Source: Andalucia godoyi And28
Lineage: Eukaryota > Protista > Jakobida
Length of the DNA: 64,000 nt
Assembly (NCBI GenBank): GCA_009859145.1
Contig: VRVR01000002.1
Span: 442,724-506,723 of the forward strand
Direction of reading: 5' to 3'
Made by a program: the position numbers and the translations under genes. The notes under the pieces were generated by a model that saw nothing but the letters and a program-made list of their open reading frames with translations, did no database searches and was not told the origin of the DNA. This document shows positions 27,801 to 35,806 of this stretch, one piece after another (position 1 is the stretch's first letter; the number at the start of each line of letters is the position of its first letter).

Positions 27801-30236
27801 CCCTGTCAAACATGCAGTGTCGTGCTTCTTCAAGTCGTTAACAATCATCAACAGGAAAGACATCCCCGAATGTTCGTAGAACAGGACGCATGGACGCCTT
27901 TCCACTTGCGCGACCACGAGTTCGACAATCCATGACGAGAATGATCCACAAATCAAACGCTTTAATAGATCGCAACGATCCGCAGGAGTCTTGTACAGTA
28001 CGGGAAAGCTGCACGAAATGATGTCTGCGACGCGACACTGAGCAATGGCTGCATGCATCGTCCCAGAAATTTGCGAAAGCTGAAGAACTTCAAACAGTAC
28101 AGATTCCAGCAAGCTTTTCAGTTGAAGAAAATATCGAGGAGGCAGCGACGATTCACTGAAACCATTCTTGAACGCGGTAAACAAGTTGACCTGCAAAATG
28201 GACAGCAGGGAAATAATGCAGCTCATCTCCAGTTCCAGACTGGCGACTGAACCAGCTCCTTGGGCACGCAGTATTGTTGCATCCACAAATGCTTGAAGAC
28301 TTTGCAACAGTTCATTGAAGAGAGCAGGGCAGGCATCGATGACAAAACTCTTAGAAAACAGCGAATTCATATCTTCGACTCTTTCCGAGGGAATGCACAA
28401 GTACAAGCCAGAGGTAGAAGACAAGTGCGGAAACGCCAAGCATTCTAAACGAGAGAGAATAGAGCCAATGACGTTTCGAGGCGTCGCCTCGACTGCAGTG
28501 GGCGACACTAGTTGAAAAAACGGGGATTTCGCAATCAGAGACATTGGATCCGAGACGAAGCGATCAATTCCGCCAGGATTCCAGTGCGAAAGCGATCTCA
28601 ATGACGGTGTGTTGCAAGACCACTCCCACACACGGCGCGTTCCAAAATCGAAGCACAAAACTACAGAATGCTTGTAGTCTAGCACCATTGCCATAGAAGA
28701 TGAAAACTGGAAAATTGTACGCGAAGGCTCCAGAGATGCATCTCCAAAACGAACAACCCACAGTTCACTCTTGCTGCTGTCAATAGAAGATCTCGAGGAG
28801 AGGATCATACGCGATCCAGTTACAAAAATCCCGACAACATCAGCAGACTTTGGTAGAGACGGAGACGTGATATCCAACCGGAAGCACTCCTTGAAATTCG
28901 AGCGCTCGTCAAAGGATACAAGAGTTCCGCGCACACTTTCTCCTTCTTGGACAGAGTAGTAGCAATGAATAAATGTACCGTCCGAACACATCAATGTACT
29001 CCCAGGCAAAGACGCCAAATCTGGCACTGCCACGCGCCTGAGCTCTCGCAGTGTAAGTGGATCTAGATAAACGACTTGTGCAACGTCGGAAATGATAACC
29101 TTGTCTGAAACGCACAGTATGGTCCATCGTCGTTCTGATGAAAGATCCGATGGATGCACATTTGACACTAACGGATGGTACTGTCGGTCCAGATGACCAT
29201 ACAGGACTTTTTCTACGCCAAACTCTTCGGATAGGAGGTAGATGAAAGAGCCATCTGTTCCGATCGAAGAATGCAATGTGCTTGGGGCAGGTTTCTTTGC
29301 AATTGCGTCGGATGAGAGTGCTGGGAAAATTTTCCAGTTCCACCGGAACAGCAGCTTGAAAGAGGATTGGGGGGCAAATACTGGGTCCACTTCTAGAAAT
29401 TCCTTGTAATTTTTGGGGAGGCAGACGCTATCGACAGAGCCGGCGACGTTGAACAACAAATGAACGGATTGCACGAGTGTCGCCAACGAGCCGTGTGCAA
29501 AGGCAAACGACAAATGCGATGTCGCTACCCTGGAGGCTAGTTCAGAATGCCGATTGGAGATGCCGGCAATCCAATTTCCGACTGCGACCAAGGAATCGTC
29601 CATATGCATGATGGTGTTCATGGACGCAAACCGCTGTCTGTTCACAATGGACTCGATAGTCGTCAAAATTTTGTCTGTGAGCTCCACGTTCTGCAACGTT
29701 TCGATGACCTTCATAATGTCTTCAAACACATCCACAATAAACCCCACGGAATTCGCAGATGGGCGATCCTTCTTCATGGCTTCATTCCGAGCGTCGATCC
29801 AGTCAAACGTCTTCGGAGTCCGATCCTTCATTGCATTGAACGTTGAATACCACTTCTTGAACACAAACAAGCGCTTCTGATGTAAATGCTCTTCCGCAAT
29901 CGTCGTCGAAGGCATCATGCACTTTTTTGCAATGGAGCGCTGCAGCGCCCACGAAGCAGCCTCCAAAAGCCGCTTCTTTTCCTCGTCCGATTTGAACGCA
30001 AAAGACGGATGGCCAGCAAGAGCCGATATGTGCTGCGTGAAAAATCGATATCTCTCCAGCGAAGAATCCTTTGCGGGAACAAGTTTTTCAAAAGACGAGT
30101 TTGAAACCTGGCCCGATTCAACTTCTTCCATCACATTATCAAAGTCTAACATTGAGTAGTACGCTGTGTCAAAGACGCCTTCCTTCAACAGAATCGTCGA
30201 GCAGATTGTCAACACACTCCGATCATCACGCGTCAT
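18831..30236 (-). CDS. Giant HECT E3 ubiquitin ligase (HERC2/HECTD4-like) with SPRY, UBA, two ZZ-like fingers and a C-terminal HECT domain
   Basis: 3801-aa single ORF. SPRY: FYFEIR...MPGWYGSSYGYHSDDG...DVVGCGY...FFTKNG. UBA: LEELVIMGFVRAHAERALRLNRGDVSAAANWLLEH. ZZ-like: YCDH...RFKCMHCRDFDICGNC and CFYCNMSPIIGIRY...DFCSAC. HECT: FIGEGADDYGGPYHE...LPQSATCFFTIQLPQYS...IRHCHSIDTD. Confidence 0.93.
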   Translation of the reverse strand: MTRDDRSVLTICSTILLKEGVFDTAYYSMLDFDNVMEEVESGQVSNSSFEKLVPAKDSSLERYRFFTQHISALAGHPSFAFKSDEEKKRLLEAASWALQRSIAKKCMMPSTTIAEEHLHQKRLFVFKKWYSTFNAMKDRTPKTFDWIDARNEAMKKDRPSANSVGFIVDVFEDIMKVIETLQNVELTDKILTTIESIVNRQRFASMNTIMHMDDSLVAVGNWIAGISNRHSELASRVATSHLSFAFAHGSLATLVQSVHLLFNVAGSVDSVCLPKNYKEFLEVDPVFAPQSSFKLLFRWNWKIFPALSSDAIAKKPAPSTLHSSIGTDGSFIYLLSEEFGVEKVLYGHLDRQYHPLVSNVHPSDLSSERRWTILCVSDKVIISDVAQVVYLDPLTLRELRRVAVPDLASLPGSTLMCSDGTFIHCYYSVQEGESVRGTLVSFDERSNFKECFRLDITSPSLPKSADVVGIFVTGSRMILSSRSSIDSSKSELWVVRFGDASLEPSRTIFQFSSSMAMVLDYKHSVVLCFDFGTRRVWEWSCNTPSLRSLSHWNPGGIDRFVSDPMSLIAKSPFFQLVSPTAVEATPRNVIGSILSRLECLAFPHLSSTSGLYLCIPSERVEDMNSLFSKSFVIDACPALFNELLQSLQAFVDATILRAQGAGSVASLELEMSCIISLLSILQVNLFTAFKNGFSESSLPPRYFLQLKSLLESVLFEVLQLSQISGTMHAAIAQCRVADIISCSFPVLYKTPADRCDLLKRLICGSFSSWIVELVVAQVERRPCVLFYEHSGMSFLLMIVNDLKKHDTACLTGQGDIFASAPHLEFHIAKLLLRDVFSQNASFSSEVLSVLFNSCEQLSVLSLGNKISDLFLPSLFSIALWSVEALSIPVPMDLLFSFVSRLVGTSNSGVSADSHNLISLRMPLVVVESPHPCGSKVFEFSTECLGAEVIYLFFDPRCKTRSGDLLEISSEKDSRVMLTYSGSDFPTGDANPIAFFSEKIFVRFKADYGSASDWGFRFVMVPFYSVREVSRRQPTFMGVLFDHSADWVASSLLSLFGAFARSFKDILRHTFPKSTIPQPFRSLLERGVLSIRHDQPHVLDWKNGLSDRHSSILMSPVLKASMSEHAKKAVWELFNSIILCFAHLFDCTTELSQLYAKVLELQNDRSFLDGSSDIFSFLRDPYRAMVLAARQYCTTLVSKVDDALLDRVKNRATFLCRHFQKGTYFRLVWSSEGDAAFHHWLQTRRTLEQRRKCESYESDMYSLILGFLTSLEFSDTGFMQFFEPYSRHVSSLAQVFSSFERIIRLFKLNGPFLICLRQFCEFLTNHRDVLTRTDCAVVESHDSLNRTLLQIVSADSSNDAWNHLVALYFSVDSVMLRSSFLATRDFAVQVLDQFPQKSVPSLLLALQACVPLLEDSYSLTSGSRLLCFVIRNVEHTIDLLCLGKPSEKESFNLLSIVFVLVTACENSIEHSSILRIVNLLKEGYFYSVRCSRLLVRLVSLLCTHTSLKNHPEFASKIFHILIGVFGVVKSMSYFGELDRGLLEDADDSEASRRPESLQEDAGGMHALPMICAPFISDFGPGFVSYKAVSREFFVFITEDFACRPFGFRSGDRVHTPNGAATAIGVKDDRMWFHVDNDEGASYWGSCKTQQEHADAGFYLIESAKAQGSESVYKKQNRRFKESPLSTIRHHRLVQVEVAKLILHLSMLSADWKETLSGMLDLAIQQLANSHGSVDPHAFCVFRFLSCIDADTASSASVHVGDSVVSRAAFFSNFENAIGIQSCPVVLEVVPLTKSAVIVCPPSFSVDTMEDVVIHDLVPLVPNSGLVFSLLSTRQILLLLEFLSEWSSKLGLKPTLTEIPVHTDHAELWMSVCKVFSFTMRRSISHVSDVLRHPSAAKLVRQLFELARREPSVGPYASIEDLSKSVTNFMEFGCKDVSPGLSDMNGFHAPVKPWSVFSPTAFAFEYVRTCKLVDEERTIVECTGASKKNQDAVLVRANAPIPFSTNVFYFEIRVVQLVGDHFVGIGLYPALLEEQLWGMPGWYGSSYGYHSDDGGLYHSLQASRKWEPFKQDDVVGCGYIKSDGSVFFTKNGKHLGIAFRGVQDHFYPVVGLLGKGTRVKVNFGRDAFRFDPSHVFGHAEFTIPEIRDEMPAPSPSTRRIRSPARTSASPARRPPPRVAVNQELLEELVIMGFVRAHAERALRLNRGDVSAAANWLLEHPGDDGDGDGDEEEDQEEDEEEEEEEEEVEGDDDAEEEDNEEHDEDEEDEVTDEYYAETTDEDHGEVTDEDQGESPMVGAVDVSGSYEAPSASVVLTAPSSDSAPTLIKEFLRIVAVEDVQESGLARYYGSRHPVPLPRTVLCGDVHPGMLLEVMPASRASERKLSKSALAGIGNPVGSEMEGRVGIVRRVDSEKNWILLEFVDDEKSKRKLAWIPTSLLERPMRAVLDFSLSVVSTSVAHFFQTACFDFGILLLRNAFWCVIRERQEQRISGVPGYQPEELLQAFGDETALRDVFGLFETEALRMEAVPRNHMEHEMESLSSFSLWECQELSPVGKMFCMDLIAHYGNPAFSLFERALRKMADQIVASAEYSSRIQWPHLPSRVTDKNASSSPFGTDVFRPLWFASVFLDLLETFRVPFLSNEQQEAACLSLLKSFWKLLLTPFVGQKQRILFVMSRILRLCIARQWMKFTDFVCPDSGVPVFIPEFVALCRAFVVCSRKRSQPQAPVSPYVIGLRDFLCSVFLAFQDQSGRRVSLLNSTVDISDINSADLQTTSDLSVVADLLLGLVHQVPHARLVALWNDLYQQTARELIVDLDRHPLSCSSFSNTLDIPDATSINVRFDHRCELHESHVFFIESTADEAVSFVHTGADSFPQSVMLKGSSFRYGIRENDDFQEEHQSVYCDHDDEACLGTRFKCMHCRDFDICGNCDTLYFTDNVHDMRHVFLEIPFHVRSLSALQPPADAMPLQAPPLQNPESHGDAPVRYQDLQQGFQAGAVIHPGTTCFYCNMSPIIGIRYYDTAVDPSENPDFCSACYKSRKHPLYHALLKIRFPLEAPITFRFPTLYPEGIEYGVRLYISPVLQPEPKADDAALNPTEENRFYETLRILTEHWTEDHDRLLLKLVQASACAEGESAERSAANLRRGILFLQSSDKSDIATLPLSTISVHADRLRHERPDLSSLASFPLHVLQFRFALIQKFNELLTVHGRYLWTVPSYFQPIPALKWEMEARNFKCLLSACASSASSSLSRASSMSSLAGTNAEPPLVSPSPIPLASASSSASATNSPAAAFTQDHFMRASVPSLHSNLGLRLSLLRGVIHISVKEEWVLSSSLSQTKSETADPRDVKLNRHLAIRPSISQPPTDAVFMQAYRQLFPVDPFLLRLPRRAFCVLFIGEGADDYGGPYHEAISTMVSELHFPIIRELHHSAAGSGAFDPARYIETATIPLFMPCLNAQYETGSNRDRFVPIPSSQFSPLKLKLFRFVGILMGIAVRTNAPIPLDISGILFRMMTGQQVRVSRDLFPLDQGLQTIVDSLLRPHRHGISSEDAFDEAFATLSFSSQLTDGTAVSLGYDGDDTALSWTSRQRYVRSLLRSRSREFDAATHEMLAGFHLIVPPSCLSLCTETEAELRITGERDVDVELLKSHTSYETCSESDAHIQRFWRVFASESPEFRCGFLRFVSGRSRLPAAQSGFTLVIKGFVRAPTAEHDRYLPQSATCFFTIQLPQYSTDEIMRAKLWFAIRHCHSIDTDFNVRPDEAHAEGDDGDDGGGDATDQDDDDEEEEEKDEEAAEEEVTEDNHWIGEWE

Positions 30237-30770
30237 CTGTTTCCTATATAATGAACTATAAGAAAAAGAACAATCACGAATTCAAGTTACCTTAAACCCA
30301 CGCGAACTCAGCAACAGCAACAGCAACAGCAGCACCGACAGCAACAACGACAAGAAGAATAACAAGAATAAGAAGACTGGGAGCACAAAAACAGCACACG
30401 AATCCTAGCGGACGCAGAAAATAATATGATAACAATATAAACGATAAAGAAAAACGTATAAGTAGAAGAAGGAAACCGAAAAACAAGAAGAAGAAAAGAA
30501 AAAAAACACACACAAAAATCGGCGAAAAATATTGGAGAAAAAGCGTCGAGTCGAAAATGCGACGTCCTCTCAAACTTGAATCCACGATATGTGGTTGAGT
30601 CTCTACCCTCTACTGCCGTGACCAAAAAAAAGCGCTCTTTTCCTAAGCTTTACAGCGTGAATTGCGTGTTTGTTATCACCAAACAGGTCGAGAAGTTTCT
30701 CGTGCTGCGTGCTATTCCGGCATCATATCGGCGAGTGAGTGCGAGGGAGTGAGTGTAAGGGGGTGAGAAA

Positions 30771-30791
30771 GTGTGTGTGTGTGTGTGTGTG
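30771..30791. repeat. (GT)10 microsatellite just upstream of ATG 30810
   Basis: Read directly from the sequence. Confidence 0.9.
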
Positions 30792-30809
30792 GGTGCAAGA
30801 CGAGGCGAT

Positions 30810-31598
30810 ATGAATGGAATATACGTGCGGTTTCACAGATTTTTCAGTGCGTCTCGACTCCAGTATCCGTCTGGATATGTGAGTTCTGATGCGGTCCCTG
30901 CGAATGTCGTTTCGATTCGCGTTCCGCCCATTCCGTCCAGCAAGCTGCCCATCACTCCGGACATGCTGAACAGCACGGGTCCGGAGACAGAGGCGTTTCA
31001 GAGCAAGCTGAGGAAGAATGTGGCTTCCGTGCTGGATGCGTTGTCAATCCATGGATTTGGCGCGTTGAGTGAAAAATGCAGCGAAATTGCAAACGACGCG
31101 GAGGTGTTGGAACATGAGCTGGACTGTGTTACAATGTTTGACAATTTCCACAGATATTCATTCACAAAGCTTGCGTTTCCGTCGTTTCACGCCTTTCTTA
31201 GTGGTCGAGCGTTTTATTCGACTGTGGAGCCCCAGAATGTCGCCTCTCTGCACGATGCATTTCAAAGAACGCCGCTATTCGATTCGTCGAGGCTCCCCAA
31301 GAAGGAGTATAGCGTTCTGGAAATCGACTACGAGACAAGTCCTGACCGGGGGTATCTGTATGGGCCAGTTGCATTTCGCCATGTCAAGGGCAATCGGCGG
31401 TCGCCCAGCGTCGAATCGTCCGTCATTCTGGACTCTGTCGCGGACGTCTTTCAAGTCGAAAGCCTCATCACGAACGACCAAGCGAAAGCCGGGTTCTTAC
31501 TGTTCTTGCAAAGACTCCTTTTGCAAGAACCAGCACTGCTCTTCTTGTCTGAAAAGGGCCCTTGGAATTTCGTTTCGCACCCACTAGAAGAATTGTAG
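30810..31598 (+). CDS. Hypothetical protein, possible mitochondrial presequence
   Basis: 262-aa ORF from ATG 30810 with protein-like composition and an AT-rich tract right after the stop. The N-terminus MNGIYVRFHRFFSASR is Arg/Ser/Phe-rich and lacks acidic residues. No family recognised. Confidence 0.7.
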   Translation: MNGIYVRFHRFFSASRLQYPSGYVSSDAVPANVVSIRVPPIPSSKLPITPDMLNSTGPETEAFQSKLRKNVASVLDALSIHGFGALSEKCSEIANDAEVLEHELDCVTMFDNFHRYSFTKLAFPSFHAFLSGRAFYSTVEPQNVASLHDAFQRTPLFDSSRLPKKEYSVLEIDYETSPDRGYLYGPVAFRHVKGNRRSPSVESSVILDSVADVFQVESLITNDQAKAGFLLFLQRLLLQEPALLFLSEKGPWNFVSHPLEEL

Positions 31599-31737
31599 TT
31601 TTTTTAATTAAAAAATTAGAAAATAAGGAAAACAGGACAGAGCAACGTCGCATGCAGCGCGAAGAATATTCACATGATAGTAATCGATGATATTGCCCCT
31701 CCGAGGCAGCGTGAGCCTTGAGCATTCGAGTCCCGAT

Positions 31738-31738
<1 letters not shown>

Positions 31739-31764
<26 letters not shown>
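31739..31764. repeat. (CT)13 microsatellite
   Basis: Read directly from the sequence. Confidence 0.9.
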
Positions 31765-31768
<4 letters not shown>

Positions 31769-32122
31769 GTGCTTCGTGCTTGCGGCTGCCTCCCGGGCGT
31801 TTCCCGCAAAGACAGAGCAGCGACGTCTGGGCCGCTTTGTCTTCTCTTCCCTCGTTCCCCTTCGACTTCCGAGCTCCTGCCTGTCGTAGTAGCCAGCAGC
31901 ACATCCCAGTGTCAAGTATCAAGTGTCAAGCACCAGGCTCTCTACGACCAGCAGTGAGCACCATCCGAAAAATGCCCCGGTCTGGCTGGCGGAGTTCATC
32001 CGCTCCCGAATTCGCTGTGGCCCTTCTTCTTCTACGCACATTCTCCGCACATCTATTTATTTATTTATTTATTCACTCATTCATTCATTATCTTCCGAAA
32101 CTCTGTTCCGCATTTTGGCGCT

Positions 32123-33760
32123 ATGGTGTCAGGCAACACTTTGCTGTGTCTTGCAACAGTGGTGCTGCTTGTTGCTGTATCCGTTTCGCACGGACAGCAA
32201 CAGCAAGTGTCTGCTTCGTGCTACTATCAAGGAGATGCGGCGCACGTGGTGTTCAACAAGATTGACCACTCTGCGGTTGCATGGGCGCAGTTTGCAGACA
32301 CGACGTTTGAGATTGGCTGGTCGAAGTTGCAGCTTGTGGCGAATCCGTCTGCGGATGCGTCGCAGCAGTCATACTGTGCAGGATATCTTGAGGGCGCTCT
32401 GACGGCCAATGCAACATACAACTTGTACAGGACGACGCTGGAGACGTTCTTTCCGTCAGGAACAGTGCCGTCACAATTGAACGATTTCTTCACCCAGCAA
32501 AAGGCGTATACAGACGACCTTGTCTCCTCTCACGCAAGCTCGGGCGATGCTTACTACGCTCTGCTGGGACAGGTCGGTGTGTTCTATGACGGCTTTTTGG
32601 ATGGCTACAACATGGAGCTCGGCGCGGAGCATCCGTTGACGTATGTCCAATTGCAGCTTGTGAATGCAGAAGCTGATTTGGGAGATATATTGTCCTATTT
32701 GTTCCCTTCGCAGCGCATTGATGTGAATGTTGCATCGAAAGCCGAGCTGGAGTTGCATCTGGACGCACACACACATTGCTCTGCGCTGATTTCCCTACTT
32801 CCGGGGCACTCTGCGCTGCTTGCGGGACACTCTACGTGGGCTGGCTACGACACAATGCTCAGGACGTACAAGTACTATTCAGTTCCTTCTCTTGGAGCGA
32901 CGATCGTGCTGAGTGGCTATCCTGGAGGAGGTCCCTTTTCGTCGGATGACTTCTACATGACGCAGCCGCACAATTTGTTCATCACGGAGACCACCAATGA
33001 TGTGTTTGACTCCTCTCTATACAAGAAGATTACGGTCAATGGACTGCTGTGCTGGCAGCGAACACTGCTTGCAAACGCCCTAGCGACGACAGGTGCAGAG
33101 TGGCATACTATTTTCCAGCGATACAGCGCCGGCACATATAATAATCAGTGGATGGTCATTGACTATAAGTTGTTTACTCCGGGAATGGGATCGTTGAGGG
33201 AAATGACACTCACGGTCGGTGAGCAGATGCCGGGGTTCTACATGTGGGCTGACCAATCGGCTGTTCTCGAAAAGCAAGGTTACTGGCCTTCGTACAACAT
33301 TCCGTTCTATCCGGAGGTGTACAACATGTCTGGATATGCAGCGGCGCAGAAGACGATGGGTGACTTGGTTTCCTACACAAAGTGTCCTCGTGCGCAAATC
33401 TTTGGGCGCGATCGTGCAACTGTCAAGGACCAGGAGTCTATGAACAAACTTCTTCGGTACAACAACTGGCAAAGCGATCCACTGTCGCTGAATTCTCCAA
33501 GCAACGCCATAATGGCCCGAAACGACTTGCTGCCTGCCAGCGCGCACCGGCGGCTTTCTGGTGGAATTGACACCAAGACCACAAACGATGTGTTCATCAA
33601 GCAACTCCGAGCCCAGGCATGTGCCGGGCCGACTCATGATCAGCAGTCGGTGTTTGTGTGGTCTGAATACGAGAAGTTGACGAACCAAACGTATCCGCAT
33701 TACGGACAGCCCGATAGCTTCCCGTTCACCTTTGTAGATTTCCAGTGGAGCGAAATCTGA
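32123..33760 (+). CDS. Phospholipase B-like (PLBD/LAMA-type Ntn hydrolase), secreted or lysosomal
   Basis: 545 aa with a signal peptide. YCAGYLEGALT, THCSALI (N-terminal nucleophile Cys after autocleavage), AGHSTW, AGTYNNQWMVIDYK, GYWPSYNIPFYP and GGIDTK are all present. Confidence 0.94.
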   Translation: MVSGNTLLCLATVVLLVAVSVSHGQQQQVSASCYYQGDAAHVVFNKIDHSAVAWAQFADTTFEIGWSKLQLVANPSADASQQSYCAGYLEGALTANATYNLYRTTLETFFPSGTVPSQLNDFFTQQKAYTDDLVSSHASSGDAYYALLGQVGVFYDGFLDGYNMELGAEHPLTYVQLQLVNAEADLGDILSYLFPSQRIDVNVASKAELELHLDAHTHCSALISLLPGHSALLAGHSTWAGYDTMLRTYKYYSVPSLGATIVLSGYPGGGPFSSDDFYMTQPHNLFITETTNDVFDSSLYKKITVNGLLCWQRTLLANALATTGAEWHTIFQRYSAGTYNNQWMVIDYKLFTPGMGSLREMTLTVGEQMPGFYMWADQSAVLEKQGYWPSYNIPFYPEVYNMSGYAAAQKTMGDLVSYTKCPRAQIFGRDRATVKDQESMNKLLRYNNWQSDPLSLNSPSNAIMARNDLLPASAHRRLSGGIDTKTTNDVFIKQLRAQACAGPTHDQQSVFVWSEYEKLTNQTYPHYGQPDSFPFTFVDFQWSEI

Positions 33761-33882
33761 TTGTTTGGAGTCTGTGCTCTGCTCGTTCGATAGTATGTTG
33801 CGGCAATGCCCCGCTCTCACATGTGAATAGTAAAAGAAGCAGCCCGTGGCGTCACGAACATCTGTTTCCCAAGCTTGTCAAA

Positions 33883-34968
33883 CTACATGATGGTGCACTT
33901 TTTGGCAGCTGCGGGTTTGCCACAGCACGTTTTCAGCAAGGCCTCTTGCTTCAGCAGTCTTGGCTCCTCCGAGGTTTCGGCCCAGATTTCAACGAGCTGC
34001 TCAATGTTCTCCATTGGCTGCTTCCGAATGCGAACGCACAGCGGACCCGACGTTAAGACATCTCGGTCCACGGTCCAGTCGAACAGCGATGCTCCCGTGA
34101 ACCGATCGAAGGGATTGAACTCGATGATTTGCAACGCAATCGTAGCGATGAATCCCGACGAATCGCGCCTCGGCAACAATGCAACATCCATGACACAATT
34201 ATCATATGGAATTTCATTCTTGTGCTTCTCGTAAAACATCCTGATTCCCTCTCGGACAACCATCTCCTGATCCTGCAGATCCTCATAAAAGCAATATTGA
34301 TTGTACTGGGAAATCGCCGTCAGCTGCTTGTCATGCACAAAACATCTGAATTCCCAGGCTTCGTCAATTTGCTTATTCCACGCGCGCAGAATGAGCTGGG
34401 TTGAGAGTCCGTGCTCCTTTGACTTGACCAGATCCCTATTCACGCGCTCCGAAGTGCATGTCAAATGCAGAATCTCCAAAGCACTCGAGACACAAAGTGC
34501 CGCACTTCGTTGCTTCAGCATGCGCACGAAAATGCTGTTTGCTGTGTCTGGATTGGATCGGTCAACCGTTTCTGGATCGAGCCCAAGATCCTTTGCTGTG
34601 TCTGCATACTTTACAATGCCGTGAAGTGGTATGCCGTCTTTTGGCGAGCGGCAACTCAGCCGGACAAACCACTGTTTTTGCTCAGAATAATCATTCAGCA
34701 CCCTTGCTATTCGAGAAGCAAGATCCGAGAGCCCATGTTCCACAAAGCCCTTCACACGGTCTGCATCCTCCATCGCGGATTTCAAACCAAATTCGGTGCG
34801 ATAAAACTCCAGAATGCAGTCAACATCGGTGCCTGTCAAATCCATGAAAACAGTCTTGGGTGTCAGATGCTCCACTGCCTCATACCATTTATCCACATCA
34901 TAATCGCGACCAGCGATCACCCAGTCCAACTCTGCGTCCATACTCTCTTGGTTGTCCTTCTTCTTCAT
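33883..34968 (-). CDS. Cdc123-like (R2K-type) ATP-grasp protein with C-terminal CaaX box
   Basis: WFVRLSCRSPKDG, LILRAW...WEFRCFV..KQLTAISQY, IIEFNPF and GASLFDW, ending in ...TCCGKPAAAKKCTIM*. ATG at 34968 (or 34941) gives 361 aa. Confidence 0.85.
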   Translation of the reverse strand: MKKKDNQESMDAELDWVIAGRDYDVDKWYEAVEHLTPKTVFMDLTGTDVDCILEFYRTEFGLKSAMEDADRVKGFVEHGLSDLASRIARVLNDYSEQKQWFVRLSCRSPKDGIPLHGIVKYADTAKDLGLDPETVDRSNPDTANSIFVRMLKQRSAALCVSSALEILHLTCTSERVNRDLVKSKEHGLSTQLILRAWNKQIDEAWEFRCFVHDKQLTAISQYNQYCFYEDLQDQEMVVREGIRMFYEKHKNEIPYDNCVMDVALLPRRDSSGFIATIALQIIEFNPFDRFTGASLFDWTVDRDVLTSGPLCVRIRKQPMENIEQLVEIWAETSEEPRLLKQEALLKTCCGKPAAAKKCTIM

Positions 34969-34972
34969 AACG

Positions 34973-35014
34973 CACACACACACACACACTCTCTCTCTCT
35001 CTCTCTCTCTCTCT
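34973..35014. repeat. Compound (CA)n(CT)n microsatellite immediately upstream of the Cdc123-like start
   Basis: Read directly. On the coding (minus) strand it reads (GA)n(GT)n, ending 4 nt before the ATG. Confidence 0.9.
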
Positions 35015-35806
35015 ATTATAAAAAAAAGTCGAATTTAAGTCTCTGGAAATAAAGAGAGTCCTTTTTTCAGCTCGGAAATTACACCTTAATGGTTTGTCGG
35101 AGGATTTCCTGGAACGAATCGTCCGAAACTCCGAAATGTGCACTGGCCGTTGCCACTTATTGCGATATGATGGCGCAGTCTGAAGCGCACGCAAACAACA
35201 ACACTGCCACGCGCCCATGCGCATGCGTTTGTTGTCTTAATCAACTCCGTCACATGATGCCCGATTCGTTTCGCCCCATTTTGATCATGAAATCCCTATA
35301 AACATGCCACCGCGTTGCATTCTCGCACAGCGACGCTCATTTCATTTTCTTATTTTTATTGTTATTGTCCATGCAACGCACCATGTACATCACGCCCGCA
35401 ACGCTGCGCAAGACCCATGACATCTCCATCGCCGCCATGAAAGATCCGTAGCATCTACATCTATCTTAAGAGCGTCTCTCATGCCGAGGGGCGTGTTGGG
35501 GGTCTACCCCGTTCCCAATCATGCTATGCATGCTGGGTGATCAGCGATGATTATCCGTGGTTAGTGTACAGTGTAGGCGCCCCAGAATGTACGCTCCTTT
35601 TTGACATTTTCCCCAACCATAAACCGAGAATTACAGAGCAAGTAGCGTTTTCTGAGGCGTTGACTGGAAATTCTATATATATTTTAAATTAAAAAAGGTG
35701 CTTTTATCGCAGTGGAAGACCTGATCCAACATACGGAAGAAGAAGGCAAGCTCCTGCGTGAAGGGAGACACAGCGGCAGGAAAAATGATTTTTTTAATTT
35801 AAAATT

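Noticed and set aside
35050-35780. Long intergenic region with C/D-like words (CGATGAT…TCTGA) and a short minus ORF (MAAMEMSWVLRSVAG…)
   Set aside because: The boxes are imperfect with no guide or terminal stem, and the ORF is only about 33 aa with no motif. There is not enough support for a feature.
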